From contig JAUFOQ010000010.1 in the NCBI GenBank assembly GCA_040285855.1, forward strand, positions 1,550,001 through 1,614,000: a stretch of DNA of 64,000 bases, written 5' to 3'. Made by a program: the position numbers and the translations under genes. Shown here piece after piece: positions 35,678-49,106 of the stretch. Origin of the DNA: Eukaryota sp. GEM-RC1 (lineage: Eukaryota). The first letter of the stretch is position 1. The number at the start of each line of letters is the position of its first letter. The notes under the pieces are model-generated. The model had not been told where the DNA came from. It made no database searches and saw only the letters and a program-made list of their open reading frames with translations.

Positions 35678-36960
35678 TTAGGAGGTTGGTGTATCTCCGC
35701 ATTTGAAACACAACTTTTTAGACAAGGCCTCTCCATGGCTTTCTTTGTCCGTGAGTTTGGTGAGAGCTTTGGAAGTTCCACTGGTCGTGAGGGACTGGGT
35801 GCTATGGTGGTTCGTTATGATGCGAGACGAAGGTTTGATGGTCGTACTGTACCCATCAAGTCGTTCAAAAGCGCTGCATTCATCAATTACCTTTTGTAGC
35901 AGAATAGTCATCGAGAGGATGGAACCGGCTTTAATGCGTTCTACGAAGTCTTCAGCAATCCTGGTGGGACGAATCTTTTCGGAAAATTGATTCATCCACC
36001 ATGGGAGGTCAGGGTTGAGGTGACTGGCTCTCTTCCTCAATCTCTGAAATTTTATAAATTTCTTAAAATCTGGCGTATCTACCATTTCAGATGAGGAAGA
36101 CAGTCGACTGCGAGACTTTCAAGGAGTTGAAATAGCCACCAGCTACACGAGTTTTGAGAGATTCAGTGAGACCTTTTTGTAAGACACCCTTAACAAATCT
36201 GGACAATATGGCTTTTTCTGTCAGCTCATATTTCTTTGCTCGGCGTTTGATAGCAACTACTTGTTTTGATCCAACACTCGGGCTCGAGGATTTGTGATAG
36301 GAGAATCCATTTTCAGCTGGAGGAAAGCTTCATAGACTTCTTCAATGGAGGCTTATTCAGAGGAAGATTCTAGGAACCTCCTCAGTTCTTCTTCACTCTT
36401 GGTGAAATCAAGGTTGGCAAAGGAGATGGACTCCAATAAATCATCTTCAACACAATTCCACAGAGTGAGTCTTGCACCACCAGCTGCGACATTATCACAA
36501 GCAGAGTGTTCCAGCATGAACCTGCTAATACTCCACTGTTGTGACTGTCAGCCTTGATATAGTTCTTTGGCACGTTGATTTAACGTTCATTTTTCTAAGA
36601 TTTGTATAGTTCGAAAAACAGATTACCATTTTGGGCCAATAATTATTGATACGGAAAGGCACTGAAATTCAAGATGAAAAGATTTATAAAGAAGATAATT
36701 ATACTATACATCCACAACATTTTGGACATTGAGTATATTTAAAAGATGTGCTTGCTCGTCAAATGACGGATAGATAAGAATTTTGCCAACGCTGCCTGGA
36801 TGAGGGTGTAAATTATGCCTAATAACTCTTTTTGAATTATCGGCCAGTTTGCATGTGTTTCGCTTAGAGTTTTGGAGAAACAACTAATACTAGTAGGTTT
36901 CAAATTTTGGAACGCGAAAGGAGAAGAGGTGGGAAAATCTTCCATTTTTCCAAACAACAC
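35678..36960 (-). pseudogene. Decayed gypsy gag and RNase H fragments (copy at ~58630-59940)
   Basis: KKLCFKCG knuckle start; ISCFSKTLSETHANWPIIQKELLGII resembles gypsy RNase H. Confidence 0.6.
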
Positions 36961-38586
36961 CGCTTCTTTTTACGGAAGAAAAATTGTTCTTTACTAATTC
37001 TGTGTTAGTAGGGAAATATAGAATTTTGATGTTATCAATTGTAAAGATGTTAAAAATGTGACAACCGAAATATTTATCATCATAGACAACAACAATCTAT
37101 ACTAATAAACAGTCTGTATATGCATAAAACCGGTTACAATTATTGTTCAATTCATTTATATTTTTCATTCATTGTGACATTGTTAGCAAAACGCTCTGTT
37201 ATGTAACTCATAACAACTGCTTTTCGGACAGATGACAGTATGCAAATAGTTTGTTTCTCACGACTATCAATTTCCACTCAGGGTTGGATATATTTTAAAC
37301 TTCCTTATGAGACCAAAAAAATACCAAGAAAAACACAAGGAGAAAAGTCCCCACACATCCGAACATCGCAAAGCACACAACACTTACCATATCAATGTAT
37401 GATAATATTATGCGGTACCTGGCCTGAAGAATAAATTAAGCTGACATTCTCGTTGTGCAGAAGATGTAATGAATGAGCTGCAAACCTTAGTTTCTCCGTC
37501 GCTGACGAGGTGGTGTGAAAAACGCAGATTGCACTTTCTGCAAATGTCTCAGATGATCCCGAAAGCCCTTCCACTAAAAGAAAACGACGTATAGTTGGTA
37601 CAAACTACAGCAAGGAGTATAATTAACCATTTACCGTCGTCAAGAAGAATCATGGACTTGTATTGCTAAGAACTTAACCCACAATCATGCTCTTGTGGGG
37701 TACATCTCTGCCTGCCAATGAATCTCTGATTATATGTAGAACATCCAGTATGCGTGGACAATACAGTCTTCATATATACAACTAGAAAGTTCTTACTATT
37801 CTTCATAAACTATCTGCAGAAAAAACTTGAACAAATAAATCAACTTGACTTCAAGGGATATTTCCAATGCAAAATGGAAGTTGAAAAGAACTATGCATGT
37901 GTGTCAGAGTGATGTTGAATATATCATCTAGAAGTATAGTGATGATATTACATTTTTCCGAAGTGTACAATACCAATATATTGCACTATAGTATTTGGCT
38001 ATTGTTAGTGAAAAAATTGATACATCAGCAGTGCTTTATAGAATCTTTGTGGGAGAAAACATTGTATAATAGAATAGAGATCTTAAGAAAGAATAATACT
38101 AAACAGGACCATACAGTGATTTCTACATTGGCCTTCAACTGCAAGCACCAGCAATTCTGAATACATTGACTTTTCAATCATTCACCCACCCTCCAATGAA
38201 GTTTAGAGGCTCTTCAGTAGCACAACACTCACTTAAGGTTGTTATTAACATGCTTCAGATCAGTTTATCATAGAAAAACAATAGATCTTGCTCTACAATC
38301 CTGCTCTCTGGAATGAAAGAACAATTGGTAGGATTGAATCAAGTAGACACACACATTAGAAGTAGAAGCTCAAACTGATAGCACATGATATCAATAAAGA
38401 ATCAAAATTCATAGCAGACATGAATTTCCGACAGAAATAATTCCAGGCAGTAGTAGGAAACACGATGATGTGTGAGGTGGCGTAGAACCTCAGGAGAGAA
38501 GCATTCAAAGTAGGGAACGAGGATATGTTAGTGGAATTTCTAGTTGACACTGAGATTACCAAGACTACAGTTTATGCGTCCTCCAA

Positions 38587-39790
38587 ACACCACTACATAA
38601 TGTCAAAAACCCTCCTTCTAAACGCCCTACGGTTCTAGATAATCGTGTTCTTCCGATAACTTATTGCTTCCCTTAGTTACCGCTACTGGATCAAGTCCGT
38701 ACTCTCCCCCCAGCGGAGCTTGTTCTGTTTCCAATCGTACTTCTCGTCGATCTTTACTTCCATATGAGCATTACATCGATCGCCTTCCCCTTCCCCCTCA
38801 AAGAGAGGGAAATCACGTCATCCTTCTCATCCAACTAGATCCTTGAAAGAGAAGGGAATGAATGACTTTATGCACCGTACTGTGTTCAAAACAGAAGCCA
38901 GTTCGATCGCTCTTCCTCAAACGCTGAAGCTAAATCCCACTTCAATTCTCCTACACAATCTCTCAGAAACACTAAGGACCAACACTTCCCAAAGGTCAGA
39001 AGTTTTCACCAACCTTCCATCCCTCTAGTTCTCCAACTTCTACTTTTTCTCTCTTCCAACATTAAATCTATTCTACTTCTCTGTACTTACTATTGGCTTC
39101 TACTCACTAGTGGTGAAACTAGTTACTCCTCAGTAAGTCCTCCCTAAGTGACACGTCATCGATGTTAGGTGACACGTCATCGATGTTAGCTGGTACTGTC
39201 AGTAGTACGACTTTTACTTTTTTTGGTACTCGTTCCTATCTTTCTTGATAGTCCATTGATCTTTACCATGTCTCACTTCAATGTCTTTTTCTTCTGTCTT
39301 TCATTGCCAACTACCACTTCCAGCGTTCAAAGGTGACGTGCTTACTGACCTTTGCAAACGTCATAATCTATATATACTAGTTTCCAGTGATATTACTAAC
39401 CCCACGGTCACGTCATCATTGAATCAGTAGATAAACTTCTCAGACTTGAAGATCTAGCATTACAAGGTCTGCAACACGCGTGTTTCAACAGAAGATGACG
39501 TGATTTGTCCGTCTTTGAGTGGTTGAGAGTTGTGAAACAAGTTGAACTGATCTTTGTCGAAAAAAGTTAATAATTTTTAAATTAGTAGTTCAAGCAGTCA
39601 GTTTAAGTTCAGTGGTTTTTATTTTTCAAAATTTATCTATTATTGTGATATGTGTAGTTCTACTCAGTGGAGGAAGGAATTTTCACTACTCAGAATTTCA
39701 TATTCAAACACTTTGTCTATTTTTCAATTTGTGGTCAACTAATTGTAGCTATCATTGGTCACAGAAAATTACAATAATCAAGATAACAAG
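38587..39790. repeat. Dispersed cassette copy 3 (inverted)
   Basis: Reverse complement of the blocks at 15200-16440. Confidence 0.8.
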
Positions 39791-40626
39791 TACCGTTTAG
39801 AGTTGAGGCTGTAATCGCATCAGGGACATGAGAGGCAGCAGCAAAAGCACTGAAATCTTGTACCATATTCTAAGAAACGGTTTTTACATGCAATTAAATC
39901 AGAATAACTTGGATTGATGTTGTAAAATAAAATGTCATATGGTTTAATGGGATGTGAATGCATGGTAGCAAGAACCATTCTCAAAAACCTTCCGCATAAT
40001 CTTGTAATTCAAGTTGAGATAATATCTCTCTAAGAAGTGACCACAAATTCCTTTTTGTAACAACTACACAACCAAGAATTAGTTTAGTACGTTTGCGAGG
40101 ACGTCTTAGCAAGTGAAGATGGATAAGAATCAACAAAGTCTGCTGAACATGGGCACGTTTAGAGTGAGGATGTGTGGATGAAGACAATACTGACAGTTCA
40201 TCAAAGTTAGACATCACAGAGGAGATACTGGAAGGGGTGAACGACTTCTTTCAACACGTGTTTAGTACGAGGCGCAATCATTGATGTCGAAGAAATTTTA
40301 CACAAAGGAAACCCATGAGAACGTTTTTGAAGCTGTTCATCTGCTAAGTCCTTTGTCAAATCAGAAGGATCCAAGAGAACTAAGGGAGCAAGAGAAAGTC
40401 TAGTAATACCAGACGTCGAAATAGAAGGCTTGTTACCTGTAAAAGTTGAGTGTGGTAATGTTGATAAACCACTTGAATTAGTGTCAAACCCTAAAGCTCC
40501 GTTCTTACAGTAATCGTCATCAGAACAATCAAGGCCCTTATTACTTTGGGGTTCATGGGGTTTCACATTCTTCTTTTTTAATAATAATACTAAATTTCAA
40601 TAATAATAACAAATAGTTAAAGAAGT

Positions 40627-40956
40627 TTATGATTTCCAATATTTTCTAAGTTTAGCAGCACTAAATGTAACTCCTTTCTTTCCTTGTTTGGAAATAGTTT
40701 TTACAATTTTGATTGTATTCTATAGCGATCGGGTGATCGCAGGAATGGTGACGGGGGCAGGGATAGATGCAAAATATCCAAATTCATATTGTTCGCATTC
40801 TACATTGTCGTTATCAGGAAATAACTTCAACGCGACAATGTGTTCATATGATTTCTTGTCATTTTGATTTTTATGTTGGAAAAACCAACCCATACGATCA
40901 TCATATGTTCTCCAGATAACATCAAAATCAGGCAACGTGGGAGCAGCGAAATTCAT
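40627..40956 (-). pseudogene. Small AT-rich hypothetical gene with one in-frame TAG
   Basis: ORF 40720-40956 reads on as NTIKIVKTISKQGKKGVTFSAAKLRKYWKS*. Confidence 0.35.
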
Positions 40957-41115
40957 GAGATTAAACTATCAAAAAAATAAATTCATTTTTTATAGATCTA
41001 ATCATTTTCCTACATTAAATAAATAATCTTATTTCATCATTAAATGATATCAATCGATCAAAGCTCATTGTGGAATTATCTCTTAATGTATATACCATAT
41101 CAAGATAGCGTTTCT

Positions 41116-41786
41116 TTATGATATTTTTAACTTCATGAAATGTTTCCAACGATCTTGGAATCTTTGATTGTTTAATAGTTCTATTTGCATCCAATTCAGT
41201 TCGTTGATTAAAAAGAATTTTTGCAAATCATTGAAAAACGATTGATCGTGAGTGTAATTTCTACCAATCAAATAAACTTCATCATTTAATTGTTTTGATG
41301 TTTTCAATTTTTCCAAGAATAAATTTTTAAAACATCCTTTCAATTTAGCCAACATTGTTGCATTTGCTGGTGTAGATAAATTATAATATTTTAATACTAA
41401 ATCACCACCCTTATTCAATGAATGCAACCCAATTAATAATTGAGCCAAATGCAATACTAAATGATTATGTTCACATAAAAAGAAATCAGAAGTATCAAAA
41501 CCAGCATCACCAGTTACTAATGAATAATCTCTGCTTAAATGAGAGATACATTCATCATCTATTTTTCATCTATTCCAGTGTTATCTAAATTAGGATCCTG
41601 AACAGCATTAATAGCATTCATTATTGTGTTTGAAGTATATGTGTGCATGTGATCTTCTCTTTTCGTAATAGATACACCTTCTTTAATTATTGGTTTTCTA
41701 TCATCTGAATAAAATAACTCAAGAAAATCGCTAAGTTCATCATAATTTGTATGGCTTAAATATAAAAACAACTTATACAAAAACAT
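41116..41786 (-). pseudogene. FtsJ/RrmJ-type (cap 2'-O-ribose) methyltransferase fragment
   Basis: DNTG..LVTGDAGFD..GGDLVLKYY..KLKTSK..NDEVYLIG supplies the D-K-E of the K-D-K-E tetrad; one-base shift at ~41562; SAM-binding loop not seen. Confidence 0.75.
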
Positions 41787-41869
41787 TGCATATGTTCAAA
41801 AGTACTTACAAATTATTACAACACATGAAAGTTTGTCTAATCTATCGATTGATTTTTTTTGCAAAAAGG

Positions 41870-42610
41870 TTATGTGAAGTTAACAATGAACTTAATGCTG
41901 TAGATCTCTGTAAACAGATTCAGAAATTGTTTACTTGAGTTGACGATCAATTATTCATCAAATATTCCAAATTACTTGTGGAATCAAAAGGTTTCATCTT
42001 TTATGACTATGTAATTAGGCCAACTGATTTATATCCGTTATTATATAATGACCAACCCTATGACAAATATCCATTTTCAGAATTTTTGATGCTGAAATTC
42101 TTCCAATGTAGTCAACAGAAACACCAACAAATGCTACTTGTTCCTGTCAATAGTGCAATGTGTGATCTTAATGCTGATGGTCGTCATTGGGGTTTAATTA
42201 TTCTGATCATTTCATCTCATACAAGTCGTATTTTATTCATTGATCCGACCTACGTTGAGGAAGATTATACCAGAGAATTTCCGGTTAAGCCAACGCCAGT
42301 TGCACCAACTTCCTCCAATTTATTTTCAATTCTTTCACAAATTTATTCAGTTTCGTCAGTCCTTGAAATCAGAGATATACGGTTTATTCCATCAAATAAC
42401 AAACATACTCTTACTGACTCTGGTTTTTGTGTTCTCGAATACATTCAACTTTTAATGAATTTAGATCAATCTGTGGTCATAAAGTGGACTGATGTTAAAG
42501 AACTGCTGGGTAGTACCACTATTGATGTTCATGAGTCTCGAAGTAAAATTTTGGATCATTTTGAAACTTTTAGTCCTCTTGATTTGTCGCATGTACAACA
42601 AAACGTTTGA
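41870..42610 (+). pseudogene. Ulp1/SENP-like (clan CE) protease homologue, probably inactive
   Basis: *VDDQL (W.ND-like), LLVPVN..GRHWGLII..ILFIDP..TDSGFCVL, with Ser at the DCG catalytic position. Confidence 0.65.
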
Positions 42611-42769
42611 TATATAAGTTGATATATGAGAATTTTTGATCAAGACCAAATTCGGAGTAATAAAGATATATAGTAAGAAGTAAGAATGTCAGTATGTTTT
42701 GGAACGACAAGTGTTCCGTATGTAGTTTGTTCTGAATTAGTTGTTCACAATTTAAAAGTGGACACAATG

Positions 42770-44400
42770 GATGTTTTGAATATGAAATTCTGAGTAGTGA
42801 AAATTCCTTCCTCCACTGAATAGAACTACGCATATTATAATAATAATCCAGAACAAAACCACGTAAGAATTAAAAATTTTAATTAAATTAAATTAAAACG
42901 AGATATCAAATCTGAGTTCATGTTGGTTCATTGAAATCGTTTTAAATAAGTTCCATGAGAACCACACGTGTTGTTGTCCTTGTAATTCTAGATCTTCCCG
43001 TAAGTCTGAAAACGTTATCTACTGATTCAATGATGATGTGATCATGGGGTTATTACTAGCACTGAAAACAACCAAAGAAATAGAGAAGATTTGTTACTAC
43101 GTCATTTTTTAACCAAAGAAAGTAACAGTCCTACTACTATCTGAGATTGACGACGTGTCACTTAAGATCGATGACGTGTCACTTACGGTACTTACTGAGG
43201 AGTAACTAGTTTCACCACTAGTGAGTAGAATCCAATAGTAAGTACCGTGAAGTAGATGAGATCCAGTATTGGAGGAGAGAAAAAGTAGATAGTTGGAGTG
43301 AAGAACTAAAAAAGATGAAAGGTATGTAGGATTCAGAAAACTTCTGATCTTTTTGGGAGTGTTGGTATTCCTTAGTGTTTCTTCTGAGAGATTGTGTAGG
43401 AGAAGTGAAGTGGGATTTAGCTTCAGCGTTTGAGGAAGAGCGATCGAACTGGCTTCTGTTTTGAACATCAGTACGGCATATAAAGTCACTCATCTCCTTC
43501 TTTTCAAGGACCTAGTTGGATGAGAAGGATGACGAGATTTGCATATCCATGAGGGGGGAGGGCGATCGATGTAATGCTCATAGGTAAGTAAAGAACGACG
43601 AGAATCAGGATTAGAACAACAAAAGCTCCATCGGCAGAAAGAGTACGTGGATGTGATAATTAAGTGAAGACATAAGTTATTGGAAGAACATAATCATCTA
43701 GAACCGGAGGGCGTTTAGAAGGGGGACTGTTGACATTAGTATGTAGTTGGAAGTTCTAGTAGAGAGTTGAGAGACGTAAACCATGGTTTGGTCTTGAAGT
43801 GAATCTCCATCAAGTCCTTCTCTCCTAGGGTTCTAGGTCTCCTCATACGTCCTCGTGTCTTCTTCTTCTACTACTTGGCAGTTCTTTCTGGTAATTCAAG
43901 GCCATTTTGACTTTTGTTTCTCTATTGACGCTATGCACTATCAGTTTGAGCTTGTAAGTGTGATTTTTGTCTACTCGGTTGAACCGCTTAATCCCGCAAA
44001 CAAGATTATATTCCTAGTTAATGTCGTTCTTTCACAACTCTGTTGAAATGTTCATCTGGTGTGTCTTCTGGATTGTCCAATTCATTCCTCAAAGATTCTT
44101 TTCCAACACGTGGCAACACTTCTCCGACTTTGTTGCACTCAAAGTACTCGTACAACTTTAGAACTTATTCAATTCCACTTTCAAACTACACCGTTGCCAC
44201 AGATTTATACTTCACTATGTCTCTTTCGTTCTTTCTTCACTTACAGCATATTCTATTTGTTAGTAGTTCTTATGTCAGTAATTCGAAGCTTTACTGCCTA
44301 CTGTTTGTCTATTTCCACTTTGTACCTTCAATTTGTACTGAATTTTGGGAGAACTTTCCATTGAATGTAATTCTACATTATAGTGAAAGCTAATTTTCAT
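42770..44400. repeat. Dispersed cassette copy 4
   Basis: Same blocks as 30480-32250, without the kinase fragment. Confidence 0.8.
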
Positions 44401-44794
44401 TATTACGAATTTCCAACAACTACTTCATAAATACAATACATCGACTATTTACCATTGATACAATTCAACAACAACACTATCGTTGGATTAAATTACATTG
44501 ATTAGGTATGACATTCGATTGATGACGTGACTAGCCTCAGTTATAGAAAACTCTAATGGAGAAAGAGATCAATCATCGATTTAGACGACTGTAAGATTGT
44601 ACATGAAGCATGTAGTATCCCTTCTAGTCTGCGTGAGAGTACATAAGGCGTAGTCCTTAATGTAAAGGGTGATTTACATAAAACTCACATCCCTCTTATA
44701 GTGTTGAGAAAGTTCTTTTTAAACAAAATACCAGTTTATTATTGTCTGTCTACCTCTAAACGGTAGTACATAATTACATGATATTGAGACATCT

Positions 44795-45340
44795 TTAAAA
44801 TGATTTGTCTAACCAGTGAGATGACCAGATGTGAGTGTCTTCGGCTTCACTGCTGAAAGGCATCACCATTGACTTTGTTGAGTCAAAAGATGCAAGTAAG
44901 TACAAAGCTTGATCGATAATTCCTCGTAAATGCTCTGAAAATTGAGTAGCTCGCTGATATGAAGAGTCATTCAACGCCTTGAAAAAGATGGGACTTAATA
45001 GTTCAAGAATCATGCCAGACTGTACTGAAAGAAGACTTTGTAAGGATTGAAACCCTCTTTCAGGAAGAAACTGGATAACCAAAGGTATGATATTCGCATT
45101 AGAGTTGGTGATCGTCTTGACCAAGCAGTTAGCATGTTTGTCACCTGAAGTTTAGAGATCACAAAAAGACGTCCATGTTTGATGGTGGCAATGACTCGAG
45201 TACCCATCATTAATACACTCGTTTTCAGTCTTTTTACAGTTTCTCACAAATGAAGGCTTCATTGTGGTAATTTCAGCCACTGTTGCTTCTAAGAGTTCGA
45301 CTACATTTCGTTCCAAATTATTGACAATTCGAGTCATTTC
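44795..45340 (-). pseudogene. pogo/Fot1-like DDE transposase relic
   Basis: DGYSSH and SSHWLDKSF resemble the DGHSSH and SSH..QPLD..F motifs. Confidence 0.5.
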
Positions 45341-45876
45341 GTTGATAGATCAAATCACTTTCCCTATTGATTAGATCTTCATATATGGGAGTAGCAATGA
45401 ACGAGAAGCGTTCCATCAGACTTTGTGGAATTCCTATAGCTAAGGTTTGAACATCCGCGGTATGCTTTTTCAGCAAACCACTGGGGATTAATTTCTTTCA
45501 GCTGTCAATACTTATGGTTCTTCTCTCTGTTTACTGTAAGGACATAATATACGAGTTGTACTGATCAATCTTGATGTTCTCCACACTGAGCCTAACAGTA
45601 ATTTGGAGTCCGTCGCTTGTTTCAAAACGAAGCTCGGAATAAAATCCGATTGGTGTTCATTTGTGTAAAAACATTACATCTTGTTACGTTGCGACTTACA
45701 GGACTTTCGTCATAATGCGGAGGAGTAGTCTTCGTTTTGCAGTTTTTAATTTGGACATTAATGAGTCAAGTTTTCTAAGAGCTGGCTCATGAGAAAACTT
45801 CGAATACGTTTTGCTTCCAAATTGAATCGATGAGCGGCGCATCCAATTAAAGGCAAGTTCAAAGCTCTGGATATGG
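45186..45876. repeat. Dispersed direct duplicate of 10966-11647
   Basis: Near-identical sequence. Confidence 0.9.
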
Positions 45877-46908
45877 TAGTGACTGGTAGTGACTGGTATG
45901 TGTGGTTGATTTTTGTTATCAACTTATCATATCACTTTGAAATTTGCAAAAAAATACAATGAAGTTCATATGCTCAATGGAAATTACATACTACAGTGCC
46001 GGTTGTAATTAGTCTACCTCAGACTAATTATGAACTCTGAATCTTACAGTTGTTTCCAAATTAGTCTGGCTCGAACTAATTATCGTGTGAGACTAGCACA
46101 GTAAGTATGACAACATTTCAATTGATTAAAAAATTTGATTAAATAAATCGATGTCGAATATTTTGATATAAATTCTAAAATAAAATTAAAATACGATATC
46201 TTTGTTTACATAAAAATAAGTAGTATTCAATAATCCAATTAATTTTTATTTTTAAAAAACTTTTGTATTCGAAAAGTAAATACAAAATTGAAAATTGATT
46301 TAAACTTTTTGGTGAACTAACTTGGATTCAATCGAATTATAGGATCTACATATATATTTTTGGTCGGATCAATGTTGCATTGTTTTGGTAATTATGATTA
46401 ACAGGCTATCACCCAAATTGATTTGTTTGATACAGTAGATTTGATGAGTGAGTCTTATTAACTGACTCTCTTAATTAGATTATAGTTAAGGAGCGTCTAT
46501 ATGATTGATGTGCTTGATTAACATAAAATTTAACGATAAAATTTTTAGAGTGATAGAGTGATGTTTTCAGGCTGTACTAATGGTCACTTTTTTTAAAAAA
46601 AAATCAAGACAACGACATATAACGATAGAGTAAAACCAGTAGTGTTACGAGAAACGTACCAACATTTGTCTGGAAACGTTTCCGCGTTTCCACGTTTCCG
46701 AAACGCATTTTTATGTGTTCAATTCTCATTTCTTCCTAATCCAATTTCTCTCTTCCAAAATTTCTAAAGTATCAACACTCTCACTATTTTGTAGTATGTC
46801 GCAACGACAATGATGAAGGTCAAGTCGTTCAGATTGCAGACAGCGACGAATTTTCGTCACTTTTCTCTCCCAGTGGCCGATAGAACAAATATTTAAATTT
46901 TAACCCAT

Positions 46909-48946
46909 TTAATTTACCCAAATAATAGAATTAGCAAACAACTTGTGTCCATCAGTTGAACTTGACCAATTCCATCCACCAGAATTAGCATCACTAGACC
47001 TACAAAAAAACCCAAACTCTACAAGTCTACCTCCACCAACTTCTTTCTTTGCAATTAAAGCAATTCCAGAATTAACAGTAGCTAATAGAGTTCCATTAAC
47101 AGACTTTGGAGTTTGAAAACCAAAGTTTGTTGCAAAACTGTTTACATTAAGAAAAATAGGATCATTTGGTAGAGTTTTTACCATGTCATGTTGTTGATTA
47201 TTAGAAAGCCACCCCCATCACCACCTCCACTGGAAACAAGAATTACTAAATTCTCCTTGAATATGACTTGGAAAACAATTAAACAAAACCAAACCCTTAC
47301 CTTGGTTTAAAAACTGGTCAAGAAATGGACCTGGACAAGGACAAGAATAACTTTCAACAACTAAAACATCATAGTTTGCAAGTTCTTCAAAGCTTTGAAC
47401 TTTACTGGTGAATGAATTAATTGAAAGATTGAAATTTCCCCAATTTTCAGCAAAACCTTTTTTAATTTTTTTCAGGGAGATCGTTTAAATAACTTTGCTG
47501 AACAAAAACTCCAACACTAATTCTTAAAGAAATCTCCCTACCAAAGAATTTTCTACCAAATACTTGAATTTCATCTCCAACAAGATTTTTAAGAATAACT
47601 TTTTCCAACCAAATTTCCCTGTTTTGATTTGAAACATTATCTAAATTGATTCTTGATAATAAATTACTAGGAATCACTGGAATTTGAGGAACACTTTCAA
47701 AAGAGAAATTATTGATAACTTTTGACAGCAACTCTAGATTGGAACGTTCAATAAAAGTACCAATTAGAACAGGAAATTCTTCTTCTGTTAGTGAATTAAA
47801 CTCTAGTTTTTCAAACATTAAATTGGTTAATTCAGGGTTAATTTCTTTAATCCAATTGAATTGAGAAATTGGAATAGTTTGAGAGTTACTGATGAAATTA
47901 TTCAATAATTTGAGTTTTAATTTTTCAGGAATTTCAATTACCACGATTTCTTGTAATTCTGAGAAATTGATAGAAAAATCATCAGAAATTTGAGCAATTT
48001 TTAAAATTTCTTTGGATTTTAAAGACACATCAAACTTTTCAACATCAATTAAATCTTTCTTCGCCAATTTGGACCACAAGTTCAAATGAAAAGACTTTGC
48101 ATTTTCTTCAATGAATTCAAAGCTTTCATTAAATGATTGTTTAAAGCTTTTTAACATCTCTAAAGCATTTTCAATAAACTCATTACCTTTTGCCCTCAAC
48201 TCTTTGTCAAAAGTTAGAGCACAACTCACGGTATTTCCAGTACCAAGATCAACAATCTTTTGAGATGATTCCCTAACTAAGTTGTTGATCAAGTCATAAA
48301 GCATTGTTTGAGTATTGACGAGAACTTCAGCAACAACCTTTTCTACTTCTTCTTTAGTTCCAGAGACTTTAGAAGTTGCGGTGGACAAAGAGAGGTGGAG
48401 CTCTTTGACTTGGAGTTCAAAGTCCTCTTTGGCTTGTGAAAGAGGAATCAATTCCTCACAGTGTTTAGCGTGACCCATTAAAAGTCCACATGAGTCGCAT
48501 ATGGATACCAAACATTTGGTGCAGAAGTGTTCGAGGGGTTTAGAGGGGTGGCGAGGGCATTTAGAAGAAGAGATGGTAGGTTTTTGGTTGATAGGAACTA
48601 CTGAGTGGGATCGGAACATCTTCAGCTTATGAGCGGTAGTTGAACAATCACTACAAAGGACGGCGTCACAGTCTCCACAGAAGAGAGTGGCGGGAGCTTC
48701 TTCACATTGGAAACAAATAATCGAATCTTGCTTTGCGTTTTTAGCAATTTCAATAGCTTCTCGCAAAGCGATGTTCACACGGAGAGGCGTGGAAGGTATT
48801 GGCTCCCGACAAACGGGACAAGAAGCCGCTTCTTTTTGTTTTAACCACTGAACAAGACATTTGTCACGGCAAAAGCTGTGGCCACAAGGTAGAGTAGTGG
48901 GATTCTCCATCAGTTCTTCACAAACAGAGCATTCAAGATGAGACAT
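46909..48946 (-). CDS. RING - B-box - B-box - coiled-coil (TRIM/RBCC-like) E3 ligase; C-terminal part frameshifted
   Basis: C3HC4 RING CSVC..CGHSFC..C..CPVC; B-boxes CFQC..CGDC..CSDC..H and CPRH..CTKC..CDSC..H..H; coding continues after a shift at ~47468 (KKGFAENWG..ELANYDVLVV) to LFANSIIWVN*. Confidence 0.85.
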
Positions 48947-49005
48947 TAAAGGAAAGCTTAGAAGACAATTTTATGGTGTTCTAAAAGTTCTTGCTTGTTT
49001 AATAC

Positions 49006-49106
49006 TGTGCCGATATCTAGATATGAAACTGAAGGAATACTTTATTAGGTCAAATGTACGGACTATAACTACTGGTGACGTGTCATAGTGTCATTCTGAC
49101 ACTACA
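49006..49106 (-). repeat. 3' LTR (101 bp)
   Basis: Identical to 53316-53416; preceded on the minus strand by AAAGGGGTAA (PPT); contains AATAAA. Confidence 0.96.

Larger units (their letters stand above)
28839..39036. repeat. Segmental duplication copy 1 (mosaic; partner 53927-62016)
   Basis: Same order of hypothetical ORF, BTB fragment, cassette, hAT fragment, gypsy relic and a near-identical distal block. Confidence 0.9.

Noticed and set aside
37440..38560. FAR1/MULE-like (THNHAL) and kinase-like scraps
   Set aside because: Only a few residues match; insufficient for a call
8347..47221. Reassigned stop codon (TGA=Trp)
   Set aside because: TGA aligns with an expected Trp only at ~41936. 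In BTB copy A it aligns with Leu and Arg, and intact ORFs use TGG and can end in TGA
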